Shown: piece by piece, positions 26,055-39,790 of the stretch
Layout: each line of letters starts with the position of its first letter
How positions within the stretch are numbered: the stretch's first letter is position 1
From: Octopus vulgaris
Lineage: Eukaryota
Assembly (NCBI GenBank): GCA_951406725.2
Contig: OX597816.1
Location: 9,920,001-9,984,000 of the forward strand
Direction of reading: 5' to 3'
DNA: 64,000 nucleotides
Notes under the pieces: model-generated
Told to the model about the DNA's origin: nothing
The model's database searches: none
Seen by the model: only the letters and a program-made list of their open reading frames with translations
Program-made: the position numbers and the translations under genes

Positions 26055-26453
26055 AGGAGCAGCTGTGTGGTAAGTAGCTTGCTTACCAACCACATGGTTC
26101 TGGGTTCAGTCCCACTGTGTGGCACCTTGGGCAAGCGTCTTCTATTATAGCCTCAGGCCGACCAAAGCCTTATGAGTGGATTTGGTAGACGGAAACTGAA
26201 GGAAACCCGTTGTATATATGTATATGTATATACATGTGTGTGTTTGTGTGTCTGTGTTTGTCCCCCCAACATCGCTTGACAACTGATGATGGTGTGTTTA
26301 CGTCCCCGTAACTTAGTGGTTCGGCAAAAAACCCAATAGAATAAGTACTAGGCTTACAAAGAACAAGTCCCAGGGTCGATTTGCTTGACTAAAGGCATTG
26401 CTCCAGCATGGCCAGAGTCAAATGGCTGAAACAAGTAAAAGGGTAAAAGAGAG
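26055..26453 (+). mobile_element. SINE family B
   Basis: Full match to family B. Confidence 0.9.
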
Positions 26454-26509
26454 TATTTACTTCCAAAACAAAGACCTCTTTCCTTGATATGACTGGTATT
26501 GAGCTGTTG

Positions 26510-26745
26510 AGGTGCGTGGCTTAGTGGTTAAGTTGTTGGACTCATAACTGTAACATTGTAGTTTCAATTCTTCGGATGTGTGACGTGGTGTGTTCTTGAG
26601 CAAAAAACTCGATTTCATGTTGCTCCTGTCCACTCAGCTAGCAAAAGAGAGTAATCCAGTGATTGACCAGCCAGCATTCCATCAAATGGGGAATATATGC
26701 CAGAAACTGGTTCTATGAAACTATATGATTTGGGAAGGACCTGGT
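26510..26745 (+). mobile_element. Old tRNA-derived SINE with D-like core and E1-like tail
   Basis: tggcttagtggtta head, gtgttcttgagcaa..ccactcagct core, ggggaatatatgccagaaactgg tail. Confidence 0.55.
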
Positions 26746-27270
26746 ACTGAGATTCTATAATAAAACTAAAACCCACTAAAAAATAAACCTCTCAGAATAT
26801 CAGCCTCTCTGAGAAAAGGATTATTATAGTTGATGCCCAATTTGAATTAGGCCCTTATCAGGCAGACACAGGATTCCAGGATTACTGGCGTTTCAACTTC
26901 ATGTCTTTTCTGTACAAAAGTATACTCTGCATTACATCGTTTTGTTTTTTACTTGTTTCAGCCACTGGACAGTAGCCAGGCTGGAGCACAACCTTGAAAG
27001 GTTTAGATGAATAAATCACAAGGTGCCACGCAGTGAGACTGAACCTGGAACCATGTGGTTGGTAAGCAAGCTACTTACCACACAGCCACTCTTTAATTAA
27101 ATTCAACAAAGAATCTTTTTCTTTTTTTTCCTTTTGCAAGAGAATTATTCAATATAACAATCTTTTTTTAAAAATGACAGTGACATTATTTATCATTCCA
27201 TCTCCAGACAGTCTTATGGTCGTGGAAAAGTGGCAACATGTGCAGATCTGACCAGTTACAATCAAGCAGT

Positions 27271-27611
27271 AAAAGGGTAAAGACCCCTTCGGTCATGAAT
27301 GACCATGGGATTGCACCTAGAAAGTTACCCTCCTAGACACAAGTCTGGGCAAGGTTGTTTTTATGGAAGGCCAGCAGTCGCCCATGCATACCAGCCTCCC
27401 CTCTCCACGCCACCAGTGTTATCCAAGGGAAAGACAAAGGTCGATACAGCTTGGCACCAGTGACGTCGCAACTCATTTCTACAGCTGAGTGAACTGGAGC
27501 AACGTGAAATAAAGTGCCTTGCTCGAGAACACAACACGCAGCCCGGTCCGGGATTCGAGCTCACAACCTCATGATCGTAAGCTCGACGCTCTAACCACTG
27601 AGCCATGCGCC
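27271..27611 (-). mobile_element. SINE family D, full length
   Basis: Near-identical reverse complement of 3303-3638. Confidence 0.9.
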
Positions 27612-27969
27612 TTCACTAAGTTACGACTTTTGCCTGTCACCTGTGCTTCGAATGTATGGAAAGTTGGAATGGTCATGGCTGGAACACTACTTCATAGCTC
27701 TGCTCCGTCAGAGCCAACTGAGTTAAACATCAGCTATGACAACAAAAAACAAAGCAATCAGGTGGCCTTTATAAGGTGACTTGAACTGCAAGAAATAGCA
27801 GCCAATACTCTTAAATCCAACCTCATTATCAGAGAGAAAGAAAAGACGTACTAGTTAATGTAATCCTAGATACACTATGACTGGAAAAAGTAAAAAAAAA
27901 AAAATAGATGGCTATGGCTAGAATACCTTTGATCGTAGGCTTGCTTGTCTAGTCCCAACTTGAGGTTAA

Positions 27970-28152
27970 ACAACAATGATACCACGACGACAACGACCAC
28001 CACCACCACCACCACCACTAACAACAACAACAACAACAACAGCAATCTGAGTACCACTAATATTGCTGATGACAGCACCACCACCACCACCACCACCACC
28101 ACCACTGTCATAGTGATATTGATGATAATGATGATCCTGATGATGATGATTG
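27970..28152. repeat. Compound trinucleotide microsatellite (CAC/CAA/GAT)
   Basis: Directly visible. Confidence 0.9.
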
Positions 28153-28654
28153 AATGAATCAATGATTAGATTATCTTCACCTTGAAACTTTCACATGCAT
28201 AATTTTTTTTTTCTGGTGGATTATTATCAAAATTGAGGAATCCGAAGAAAAAACATCAGTTTGGGAAAATTTTGCGAAATACAAAATAAAACTAGGAAAA
28301 TTACAAGAAAAAAAAAGAAGCCAAATAAAACGATGTAATTCACAAAATACTTCATGAATAATTATAGTTGTTTTTAATTACTTTTTACCAAGGTTTTTAG
28401 CTGTAGTTAATTCTTCTTCTTTATCAGTCGTCACATTTTGACCATCTTATTCACACTTTGTGGCATGGTTTTTTTCTAAAATCAATTAATATACTTGTTT
28501 TTAAATCTGTTGTCAGTTATTTTAAAACTAGTGTATTACCTTTTAGATGATCGGTAACTCTGGAAGTGTAATTTAGTCACTGTGGGTAATATCAGGAAAT
28601 ATGGCATACAGACAATAATTGTTATTTAACTTTTATCGGATTTCTTGGTTTTTC

Positions 28655-29166
28655 CCATAAATCCTCGAGTATAATCCGCATTTTATCCCTAAAATTTAAA
28701 GGTCAAAATCCCTAGTGAGTACTATATACGAGGTTAAAAATGAAAATTATTTCCTAAGTAATGTCCGAGTCTCTATTTGTTGCCCGGCAATGTTTATTCA
28801 GACACATTTTGTGATGTCGGGCGTGAAAATACCTTAAGCTAAGCCTGAAAGCAATGAAGTCATAAAAGAATCATCCATAACTTGCAATAAGCAACATTTA
28901 TTAAACGTTATTACTGTTATTTCCTTATTTTCTGCAAACAAAATGCACAAAAAAGCTACACGTTTGCATTATGTTATATATACAATAATAATAAAGGACG
29001 TTACCGTATACAGTTTTACAAACCAAGGACGTTATATAGACCCTCTTGACTCAAGTTAGAGAAGGAGTGCATATTATACACAAGGTTTAGGATTTTCAGA
29101 GGTACAGCCCCCTAAAAATCCCCTGCATATTATACTCAAGGGTGGACTATACTTGAGAATTTACAG
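28655..29166. mobile_element. pogo/Tc2-type MITE
   Basis: Imperfect ~25-bp TIRs ccataaatcctcgagtataatccgc / rc ctgtaaattctcaagtatagtccac; TA at right end; no ORF. Confidence 0.7.
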
Positions 29167-29239
29167 TACATAAAATAAAATGAATTCTAATTTTGAAAAA
29201 GGTTTATTACTTTAAAATTAAATACAACTGTGCTGTGAC

Positions 29240-29521
29240 TATCTGTGCTAGTGCCATGTAAAAAGCACTTATACTGGTGTTACATATAAAGAACCCCATG
29301 CTGGTGTCACGTATAAAGCACTGGTGCTGCTGCCGTATAAAAAGCACATGGTACACTCTGTAAAGTGGTTGGCATTAGGAAGGGCGGCCAGCTGTAGAAA
29401 ACATGCCAAAACAGACAATTGGAGACTGGTGCAGCTCTCTGACTTGCCAAACTCCTGTCAAACTGTCCAACCCATGCCAGCATGGAAAACAAACATTAAA
29501 TAATGGTGATGATGATGATGA
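29240..29521 (+). mobile_element. Diverged family A SINE
   Basis: Short internal repeats, body, (gat)n tail. Confidence 0.75.
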
Positions 29522-30404
29522 TAGAATTTCTCATTTGTATTTTGGCAATAAATATATATTGTTGTGTCTGGGGAGAGTAATTTTCTTTTTGTGAAATATG
29601 CTTCAACACATGAACCCATATAAAGAATCTTGCAAACCAAATCTAAAAACGAAATATATATATTGTTATTTTCTTAAATTTGATTAACATAATCATAATC
29701 TACTACATGAACAAAATTTAACAAGTAAACAAATGTGTATTTTCAGAGACACTCATCCGGTACCTCTTATGTTAACTCTCTCTGTATCTCTCTTTTACTC
29801 TCTCTCTGTCTTTACAATGAACAGAGAAACAAGAAGAGCCAACCGACCATATCAGTGACTTATATCAGTGCTTGTTATTAAACAGAAACTCCTTAAGCAA
29901 TCTGTAATTCATGAATATTTACAATTGTTTTTAATTGTTCTTTTACCATTGCTTTTGGCTTGTAATTAAAATTCTTTCTTTTTAGCAACAGTGACATTTT
30001 TACCATCTGCTACAATCTGAATATTCACATTGGCATCATGGCTTTTCAATACTTGATAAATTTTCCAGTTTTAATAAATCTCTGAGCAACGTATAAACAG
30101 TAGCTGCATGACATCGGGAAGTATATTTGACACTTAAATGCTTAAATGTGGCTAACCCTTAAGGGTTGATGCTACTGTAGCTTGTAGCCCCAGGAAGACA
30201 TCTCCTCCAGCTGGCTACTGACACACTTTCTGTGCCCCATCAGTATTTGCAAAGGGAAGTCATCCTTCCCATCATCAGCCTGATGTGATACACACGGATC
30301 CGGGTTTCTGAGTATTGACCTGTCATCAGCCAGTGACAACCACAGATTTCCTGTTTTAATTCTTATTAATTATACAATTTCTTAAGTACTCATGAATGTT
30401 GGTG

Positions 30405-30906
30405 TCAAATTTTGGTGCAAGGCCGGCATTTCAGAGGAGGGGGTAGGTTGATTATATCAACCCCAGTGATCAACTGGTACTTGTTTTATCAACCCCAAAA
30501 GGATGAAAGGCAAAGCTGATCCCAACAGAATTTGAATTCAGAATATAAACACAGATGGAATGCTGTTAAGTATTTTGCCCCAAGAGGTAACGATTCTGCC
30601 AGCTCACCACTTTTAAGTACTCAGGAATATTAAAGGATGATTTGCCACCTTGACTGGCTTTCTTGCCAGTGGCATGTAAAAAGCACCATCTGATCGTGGT
30701 CGATACCAACCCCCTCTGCCGGTGGCATGTAATAAAAGCACCCACTACACTCTTGGAGTGGTTGGCATTAGGAAGGGCATCCAACTGTAGAAACACTGCC
30801 AGATCAGACTGGGCCTGGTGTAGCCTCCTGCCTTCCCAGACCTTAGTTGAACCGTCCAAACCATGCCAGCATGGTAAACGGATGTTAAACGATGATGATG
30901 ATGATG
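30405..30906. mobile_element. Family C (-) followed by family A (+) SINEs
   Basis: Family C core at 30405-30610; family A at 30640-30906. Confidence 0.8.
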
Positions 30907-31769
30907 TTTTAATTGTTCTTTTTATTGTAACTTTTAGCTGTATTTAATTCTTTTGTTTTTCATCAAATCTACCATTATTTTATCCCTTTCCATTTCTTTT
31001 GGAGTAACTTGAAAATTCTTTTTTTTTTTTCTGTTTTATTTCTGGTTTATAAGATTTAATTGAAATGTTTTAATTACCTATCAGTAATTTCCAAATTAAG
31101 TCAAACGTCTCTTTGTCATCTTGTAAATTATTTACATGTAATAAGACCATTAATAATTAGCTTTTTAGTAATTATTTAATAAACTATAATAATAATAATG
31201 ATAATAATAATAATAATATCTGTCAAATGTCATTGATGAACCAATATTAGATATTCTTTGTTATTGATCGTGTGTATGTGAGAGTGTCAGAATTGTTTAT
31301 TGTTATGCCATCTTCTTATATATGAATATTCACCTTTGTGGCATACTTTCCAATGTTTGATCATACTTAAATCTGGTTTTGGTAATTACAAAGAGAGTTT
31401 AACGAGAATTAGGCAAATGGAAGAAAAACAATTCATCCTTATCTTAACTGCAGGAGAACGATTCAGAAGAAAACCTAGAGACCATTCCACACTTGCTCTA
31501 TACTCTTGCAACCAGCATTCGTGGGTAACATCTGTTTTCTGCAAACTATTGAGTCATCCCATAAATAATGTTTTTTTTACACTTCTCTTCATCATCATCG
31601 TTTAACATCCATTTTCCATGCTGGCATGGGTTGGACGGTTTGACTTAGGTCTGGAGAGCAAGCAGCTGCACCAGGCTCCAATCTGATCTGGCAATGACAT
31701 GGTTTTCTACTGCTGGATGCCCTTCCTAATGTCAACCACTCTGAGAGTTTAGTGGGTGCTTTTTAGGTG

Positions 31770-32991
31770 ATTTTTCAAAATTAAGCTAAACAAAGCTCCT
31801 TTATACTCTAAAATATACTCTCCTTCATTTTCTATAATGTTCTATCTATCTGGTAGACCTGCAAGGCCCCTCTTCCAATATCCATTTGTCTGTGACAAAT
31901 ACTCCTCCTATAGTACTGTTCTGATCTTGTCTACAGAATTCATATTTTTTTCCATACAAATGATTTTGAAGACTGCGGAATAAATGATAAGCAGATGGGG
32001 CAGTGTCCAGCAAATATGATGGGTGAGGCATTATTTCCCAGTCAAACTACTCCAGCCTTAGGAATGTTGTCCTTGCTGTATTATCCGCATGGAAGAACAC
32101 CTTTCATCTTGAAACCACATATGGTCGTTTTTCTTCTAGTGCTGACTTAAGTCACTCAAGCTGCTTGCAGTAGATCTTTGTTATCATTTGGTTTGGGTTT
32201 AAAAGTTCAAAGTGGACTAAACCTTCCATATCCCATCAAACAGTTAACAAAATCTTACGTGGGTGAAGACCTTCTTTAGCTTGGTGTGCCAGTGTTTCTC
32301 CTTTCCCTACCCATTGCCTTTGGTGCTTGACCTTTTTAAACAGAACCCATTTCTCTCTCCCAGGTACTATTCAGTCCAAGAAAGGTTCATTCATGAGATG
32401 TGACAGCAAAGAAGAGCACACATTCACTCTCTGCATATGTTTAGACTCAGAAAGCTAATGAGAAACCCATTGACCCACTTTACTGACTTTTTCCATGGCA
32501 TGCAGGTGCCGATGAATGGTTGAATGAACAAATCCAAGCTTCTCTGATAGTTCCTCCAACAGTTACAATGGGATTTTGTTCCATCAAGGTTTGTAGGATG
32601 TCCTCATCAAGCTCTACAGATCTTCCAGGACAATGCTCATCTTCTAGCCTGTAGTTTCTGGCTCAGAATTTCTGGAACCACCGTTGACCCTGGCTTACAC
32701 TTACTGTCTCATCCCCCTATACTGCATTAATATTCCTCACACTATCCGTTGTGCTGCTGCCTTTACTGAACTCATTAAGTAAAATATGCTCCTTTGTCAC
32801 TTCCATTACAGCTTTGAAAAAGTAACTGTTAAAATGGAACTGCACTCTTCAAAACTTGCACTAAGAATAAGTACAACATAAAATTACTACCTGCTTTCAT
32901 AGCATGTTGATGCAGGTAGTTTATCCCCTCCCCCTCCGACTTTTAGTTCATGCAATTGAAAACACCGACTTATGTATGGGATGACCCAATA
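31770..32991 (-). pseudogene. mariner transposase pseudogene with one surviving TIR
   Basis: ATG at 32806 MEVTKEHILL..F.KG..RWFQKF..LEDE; PHPSYLLDTAPSAYHLFRSLQNHL (YSPDLAP variant); IENEGEYI end; TIR tattgggtcatccc; many stops; other end lost to family A SINE at 31590-31765. Confidence 0.88.
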
Positions 32992-34711
32992 TTTGTACTT
33001 GCTGCTGCAGTCACCTGGGATGGACTGAATCAGCTCCATGCAATGAGTTCACCATGTCCCCTAAAAATGCTGACTACATCCAACAGTCAGCTGCACTTGA
33101 GGCTGTAATGGATACCCACTTCCAGTTCCCCTGCTGAAGACCATAGACTTGAGGGCCTGAGAGTGCTTCCACATACGCCTTTCCTATTGCCAGCCACATT
33201 TTCAATCGTCCCCCCCAGCTTGTTTGCACCAGCCTTTGAAGGGAGCACCTACTCTCCCAGTTAGGCAGTTGTTATTTGTCAACCCAGCTTCCAGCAAAAG
33301 GAAGTAACGACCCCCTACATAAATCTGAGTCACCTCTGTTCCTCACCCCATCTGCTACCACATCCCCAACACTCATTGGTGACACCTTATACTTGAGAAG
33401 AAAAAGAAGGCCCTTACATATGGCTGACCATCAACTATCTCAGCCATTATCGTCACAGAAAGTTTCTGCCATTTTCTGAATGTTTATTGACTTTTCTGCC
33501 TTTACACTTTCTTCTCATAGAATCATTTCCATGAAGAAATAATTTGGCACCAGTAACATTTATTTTATGACAGTATTTTATTGTCATGGTCATCATTCCA
33601 ATATCCATTCTACCATTTTGGCATCTATGTTCAAAATTATCTGAAGCAACACCTGAACCTACTTCAACAGGTAGTTTATGAACAGAAAGGGGATGGAGAC
33701 CTCATGCTTTCTGACTATTGATATATTGACCTATCAGTCAACGATAAATGTGTTTCTTGGTGTGTGTGTGTGTGTGTGTGTGTAGGAAGATGTATACCTG
33801 TGTAAACAGTTTGTATAGCAGGATGATGCAAGCTTTGTAATGGCTTATCAGATGGCATCTACATTCAGAATTATTTGTCATAGCACCTGGAACTACTTCT
33901 GCTGGTAGCTGTTTTGCTAACTCAAATTTGCCTGCTATAAATTTGAATGTAAAGCTATCGTTTAGAGTCTAACAGAAAAATCTATAGAAGTAGTTACTGA
34001 CAATGAAAACTATTCATGTAATCTGTTGTGAAATTGCATTGCTATACTGTCAGCTACTATAAAACTAAATCATTTAATTAAAGTCGGTCCCTAGGCATTT
34101 TTCATTATATTCTCATCATTTCATTCATCCGCAATATTCTCTGAATGTTGGCTTCAGTGGGGGTTTCCATTCTTGAAACCATTCATCACACACCCACTCT
34201 TTTCCTTGCATTGAGGCTTGTTGTCTTCTTTTGTAGTATTTGGTGATTCTATAACCATGGTTATTTTGGTAGCTGTGGACATTCAAGCACATGCAGTCTT
34301 CTCAAAACTATAACTACTTTATACGTTGGGTTTCTTTTCAAAACCAGAATGAATGTCAGCACAAACCCTTCAACATTCAGATTATTCTGTCAAATGCAAT
34401 GCTTATCTATTCACGTTGTTTTGAATGAATCATCCATTACCTTGTCACTTTGAGATTTTGATGTTGTGATTTTTTTTTTCTTAGAATGACATTTTAGAGT
34501 TGGTCTCCTGCAATAAGACACAAATGAAAATGACCACCCATGGAGATATTGTTGGAATGAGGCAATAGAGGTGAAAAGTAAGGTAGAAATTTCACAAGAT
34601 TTTGGCCAGCCTAAAGTTATAGAAACAGTTGGGTCAAGGTACCACACAATGGGACTGAACCCAAAATCATGTGGTTATGAAGTGAACTGAACTACACAAC
34701 CATGCCTGTGA

Positions 34712-34715
34712 CTAT

Positions 34716-34763
<48 letters not shown>

Positions 34764-34804
34764 GTATGTTTGTGTGTATGTATATATATATATGTATGTA
34801 AATA

Positions 34805-34861
<57 letters not shown>

Positions 34862-34890
34862 CATATATATATATATATACATACGCACAA

Positions 34891-34965
<75 letters not shown>

Positions 34966-34970
34966 TATAT
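34712..34970. repeat. (TA)n-rich microsatellite
   Basis: Directly visible. Confidence 0.95.
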
Positions 34971-34971
34971 A

Positions 34972-36030
34972 GGCGTAGGAGTGGCTGTGTGGTAAGTAGC
35001 TTGTTTACAAACCACATGGTTCCGGGTTCAGCCCCACTGCATGGTACCTTGGGCAAGTATCTTCTACTATAGCCTCGGGTCAACCAAAGACTTGTGACTG
35101 CATTTGGTAAACAGAAAGTGAAAGAAGCTTGTCGTATATATGACAAACACAAACACACAAACATATATTTGTGTGTCTGTGTTTGTCTTCCCAACATCGC
35201 TTGACAACCGATGCTGGTGTGTTCACGTCACCGTAACTTAGCATGCATTTTGGAGTTATCTCCTCTTCAGCAAGAGACACCAAAAAGGTGGACACTACAA
35301 ACTGACACAAGAGACAGCACCTTATGTTATTCATGTCATTGTTCAACGGCTAGTTGCACTATTCACTGTAAATAAAACATACAAGGTGTTATACATCATG
35401 ATCGTCATCATTTAACGTCTATTGCCCATGCTGGCATGGGTTGGACAGTTTGACCAGGGATGGTAAGCTGGAAGGCTACACCAGACTCCAATATGATTTG
35501 ACACGGGGTTTCTATGGCTGGATGCCCTTCCTAATGCCAACCACTCTGAGAGTATAGTGGGTGCTTTTATTTATATTTATTTATATACATGTATATCTGT
35601 GTGTGTGTGTGTGTGTGTGTATACATATACTCTTTTACTCTTTTACTTGTTTCAGTCATTTGACTGTGGCCATGCTGGAGCACTGCCTTTAGTCGAGCAA
35701 ATCGACCCCGGGACTTATTCTTTGTAAGCCCAGTACTTATTCTATCGGTCTCTTTTACCGAACCGCTAAGTGACGGGGACGTAAAAACACCAGCATCGGT
35801 TGTCAAGCAATGCTAGGGGGACAAACACAGACACACAAACACACACGCATATATATATACATATATACGACAGGCTTCTTTCAGTTTCCGTCTACCAAAT
35901 CCACTCACAAAGCATTGGTCGGCCCGAGGCTATAGCAGAAGACACTTGCCCAAGGTGCCACGCAGTGGGACTGAACTCGGAACCATGTGGTTGGTAAGCA
36001 AGCTACTTACCACACAGCCACTCCTGCGCC
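34972..36030. mobile_element. Family B (+, 3'-truncated, 34972-35242), family A (-, 35395-35567), family B (-, 35629-36030)
   Basis: Matches to the respective families. Confidence 0.87.
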
Positions 36031-36719
36031 ACATATATATATATGTGTGTGTAATTTCTATCCAATAACCATTTGGCAGCTAATACTTGCATATATTGGA
36101 GCTCTCCATCTCCCAATTCTAACAGTGACTTGCAGAGCAGAAAGTAATTTAATAACACTTTACAGGCTGAGAAAATTTGTTATCATTTGTCTGACCTCAG
36201 GATAGTGATGATAATTATTGATTTAGACTAGGATGAGGATGATGACAATTGTGGTGGTGATTGATAAAGGCCAGTACTTTACTGCCCTTCACAATAACTC
36301 TCATTATCTATGAAACTTTACTGATAATGGTAGTGATGATAGAGGCCAGAATTTATTTTGCTAACAGGTTATCAGCATCTGTCAAGTATCAACCAAATTT
36401 TGGAGAAAACAAACAACCACAACAATAACACTAACAGCAATAAATACAAAACCAAGCAAAAGAGACGAAACCAAAGAGAGAAAACCACAAAATTTTTTCA
36501 ACGATGGCATATTCTATGAAAGGGTGTCTATTGTACAACTGTTGTCAAAGCATTATGTAATGGTGTAAAAGAATAAAAAGAACAAGTGGAAATGGTGTAT
36601 TTTGAATTGAGAATTTGTAAAACTCTTGGAAAATATGAAAAATATATTACTTCCATTTGCAGCGCATTGCATACTTTTGAGAAATGCGTGTATATCTACA
36701 CATGTGTACACATATGTGC

Positions 36720-36736
36720 AGATATATGTGTAAATA

Positions 36737-36790
<54 letters not shown>

Positions 36791-36852
36791 ATATATGTAT
36801 ATATAGATTGATAGATAGATAGATAGATAGAGATGCATGCATATATATATAC

Positions 36853-36883
<31 letters not shown>

Positions 36884-36928
36884 GATAGATAGATAGAGAT
36901 GCATGCATATATACATACATGTGTGTGC

Positions 36929-36960
<32 letters not shown>

Positions 36961-36970
36961 ATGTATATAA
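36720..36970. repeat. Compound (TA)n/(GATA)n/(TG)n microsatellite
   Basis: Directly visible. Confidence 0.95.
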
Positions 36971-38227
36971 ATGCACATGTTCACATACTGTCATACATAT
37001 GCACTATCACAAATGCACACAGTTTATATCACTGCAATATAAACATGTTAACATCTTTCTATTGTGAATGCAATGGTGGTTGCCATGGCGATATTTTTTT
37101 TCTTGACATTTTATACATTTGACAAATTGAATCTGTTGTAATTGAACTTTTCCTAATGCTACTTCTGTTGAAATATAAAAAGCACACACGTGCGCTCGCA
37201 CGCATACGCACACACACATGCACACAAGCATGCGTGCACATGCACCCATACGCACAAAATAAATAGGAAAAACATAAGAAAAAGACTTGCGTTCTAGTTT
37301 GAGTGCAACACTAATGGAAATCTGCCTCTGCTGAAGACTTGAGGCTTGTTTTTACTTGTGTGTCCAGAATTCCTCATATGCCTTGACTTGGGTGGATTTA
37401 ATGGTGACTGGTAGTAAAGCATATGAACTGTGTGCTTGACAGTGATAAAATGAAGGCTGTGTGATGGAAATTTAAGTGATACAGAAGCCATGTCTTCTAG
37501 CAGAGCTGATAACTTTAATGTGTTAACTACTGTGATACGGTAACTGAGTCAAACTAAAAAGCAAAGAACAAAGTCATAACAACATTACAACATTCTAGTA
37601 TGGCATTGTAAATTCCGTTTTTAAACCCTATCAAAGCATGTTTTGCTTTGAAACACCATTAGATTTCATGATTAAAAAAAAAATTTAAAAAAAAAAAAAG
37701 AGACAGAAAAATAACAAGCTTTTATTTTTTTTTTTAGCAATCAGCAAAATCTATTCTGTTGTTTTCTGAATGCAAGAAATGATAAACCAGGATCTCCATA
37801 TGGAATATTATTTTTGCAAAGCAGAACAAATGGAACAAATAGAACATGACAGGTTTCAGAGATCCAAGGGTTAAATGCACTTAAAACTTCCAGGGAGCTT
37901 CTGAATTTTTTTCATCCTTTTTAATATGGTAGAGCCTATCAGATATTCATAGCTTTTCTGAAACCTCCTTTATTCCTTTACTGGCGCCGAGGAGTACCGT
38001 TTGTACTCGTTATCAATTCCTCAAAATCTCAGTGAGATATCAGTACTTATCTCTATTGCATGATGCTTTCTAAATGATTGGTTTACATACATCATTATCA
38101 TTTAACATCTACCCATACATTATTTCATTTTATTTGCCATAAAGGCAGTCTTTTCTGCCTTCTGCATCTACCCACACATGCACAGTTAAGTGCTGTGTGT
38201 CTGTTTGTAGTTTTCATTTGCCTCTCT

Positions 38228-38458
38228 TTCTTATTTCTTTATTGCCCACAGGAAGCTAAACATAGAGGGGACAAACAAGGACAGACAAAGGGATTAAGTC
38301 AATTACATCGACCCCAGTGCATAATTGGTAATTATTTAATCGACCCCGAAAGGATGAAAAGCAAAGTTCACCTCAGCGGAATTTGAACTCAGAACATAAT
38401 GGCAGATGAAATACCGCTAAGCATTTCGACCGGCGTGCTAACGATTCTGCCAGCTTGC
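38228..38458 (-). mobile_element. SINE family C
   Basis: Full reverse-complement match. Confidence 0.88.
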
Positions 38459-39295
38459 CTCTCTTTCTGTTATACACACACCTTTACCATCTTCTTTGCT
38501 CAGCATAATGAACTTTTTGCATCATAGGAATTTTTCCGTTAATACTTTAACATAATAACGTTTTTCAAGCAACATTTTTAATTATTGAAATAATGATTTC
38601 CATCTTTGGCACAAGAGGCTATATTTTGCCACAGATGGAGGTAATTAATTAAATTAAAAATCGGTTATATTACTGGTATGTATTTATCAACCTAGTGGGA
38701 TGAAATTCAACTGCAACTCAAGAAGAATGTTGAGGTATATAAATAAATATCTTAATATCAAGGTATGAACCTAAATGTTTATGAAGGGTATATAACTGTT
38801 AATATGTAAATTGGTCTATCCAATAGTGTTACACTGCTAAACTTAGTGGCTATATAAGCAATATATTTGTGGCTAGTAAATGGGTTGAATGTGATACTGA
38901 AGAAGAAGCAATAAAACCTGAAATATGTATGTACACTTGTTACTTCTTTTTCTAGCTTTGGTCGAATTATTTACAGAGACACATTTGTATATGGAAAGTT
39001 GGAACTTTTAATGTTGGTTTTAAATTCTATAGATCTGTAGGGATAACTTAAAAGGGGCTAAATTGCACTGCCAACACAAAAAGTAGCACACAGTACTGAC
39101 TTACAAACCTTTAATATATTAGGGTTGAAAAACGAAATATGGTGTGCCTACCAGCAATTAATAACTGATAAGGGATGTAACTAGATGATGATCTATATAA
39201 GAGAATATTAATTATGGTATAGCAATAAATATTAAGGTACACAACTTAAACATTTTTTTTTTACCACACTCTCCTGTGGTAAAGGAAAACAATAA

Positions 39296-39528
39296 GGCGG
39301 TGAGCTGGCAGAAACGTTAGCACGCCGGGTTAAATGCTGAGCAGTATTTCGTCAGCTGTTATGTTCTGAGTTCAAATTCCGCTGAGGTCGACTTTGCCTT
39401 TCATCCTTTCGGGGTCGATTAAATAAGTACCAGTTATGCACCGGGGTTGATATAATTGACTTAAGCCATTTGTCTGTCCTTGTTTGTCCTCTCTGTGTTT
39501 AGCCCCCTTGTGGGCAATAAAGAAATAG
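39296..39528 (+). mobile_element. SINE family C, full length (tail 1)
   Basis: ggcggtgagctggcagaa head to aaagaaatagg tail. Confidence 0.9.
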
Positions 39529-39580
39529 GTAATGGAAAACAATGTTAAGTTCAGCATGAATTTCTTCTTTCTAGCTTTAA

Positions 39581-39790
39581 CCCTTTCTTTACCATATTTC
39601 TGTTGAGATGCTCTGTGTTTCTTTCAATTGATTTTAAATACAACAAAGAATTTAGTAAAATAACTTAGTTTTCATTAAGCTAGTGTTAGGAACATAAATT
39701 GTGACTAAGGTTTAGTAGAAGATTTTAATTCAAAACTTATGAAAACAAGACATCTGTACTACAGTTTCAGGCGGGTTGGTATCGAAAGGG
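39581..39790. mobile_element. piggyBac-type MITE
   Basis: TTAA at 39577-39580 and 39791-39794; TIR ccctttctttacca / rc ccctttcgatacca. Confidence 0.82.

Noticed and set aside
33950-34612. Possible additional Tc1-like fossil ending in ggctggccaaaa
   Set aside because: No partner TIR or diagnostic transposase motif confidently read
34675-35197. YI/CV-rich ORFs (also at 36.5, 53.3 and 60.2 kb)
   Set aside because: Dinucleotide microsatellite read-through
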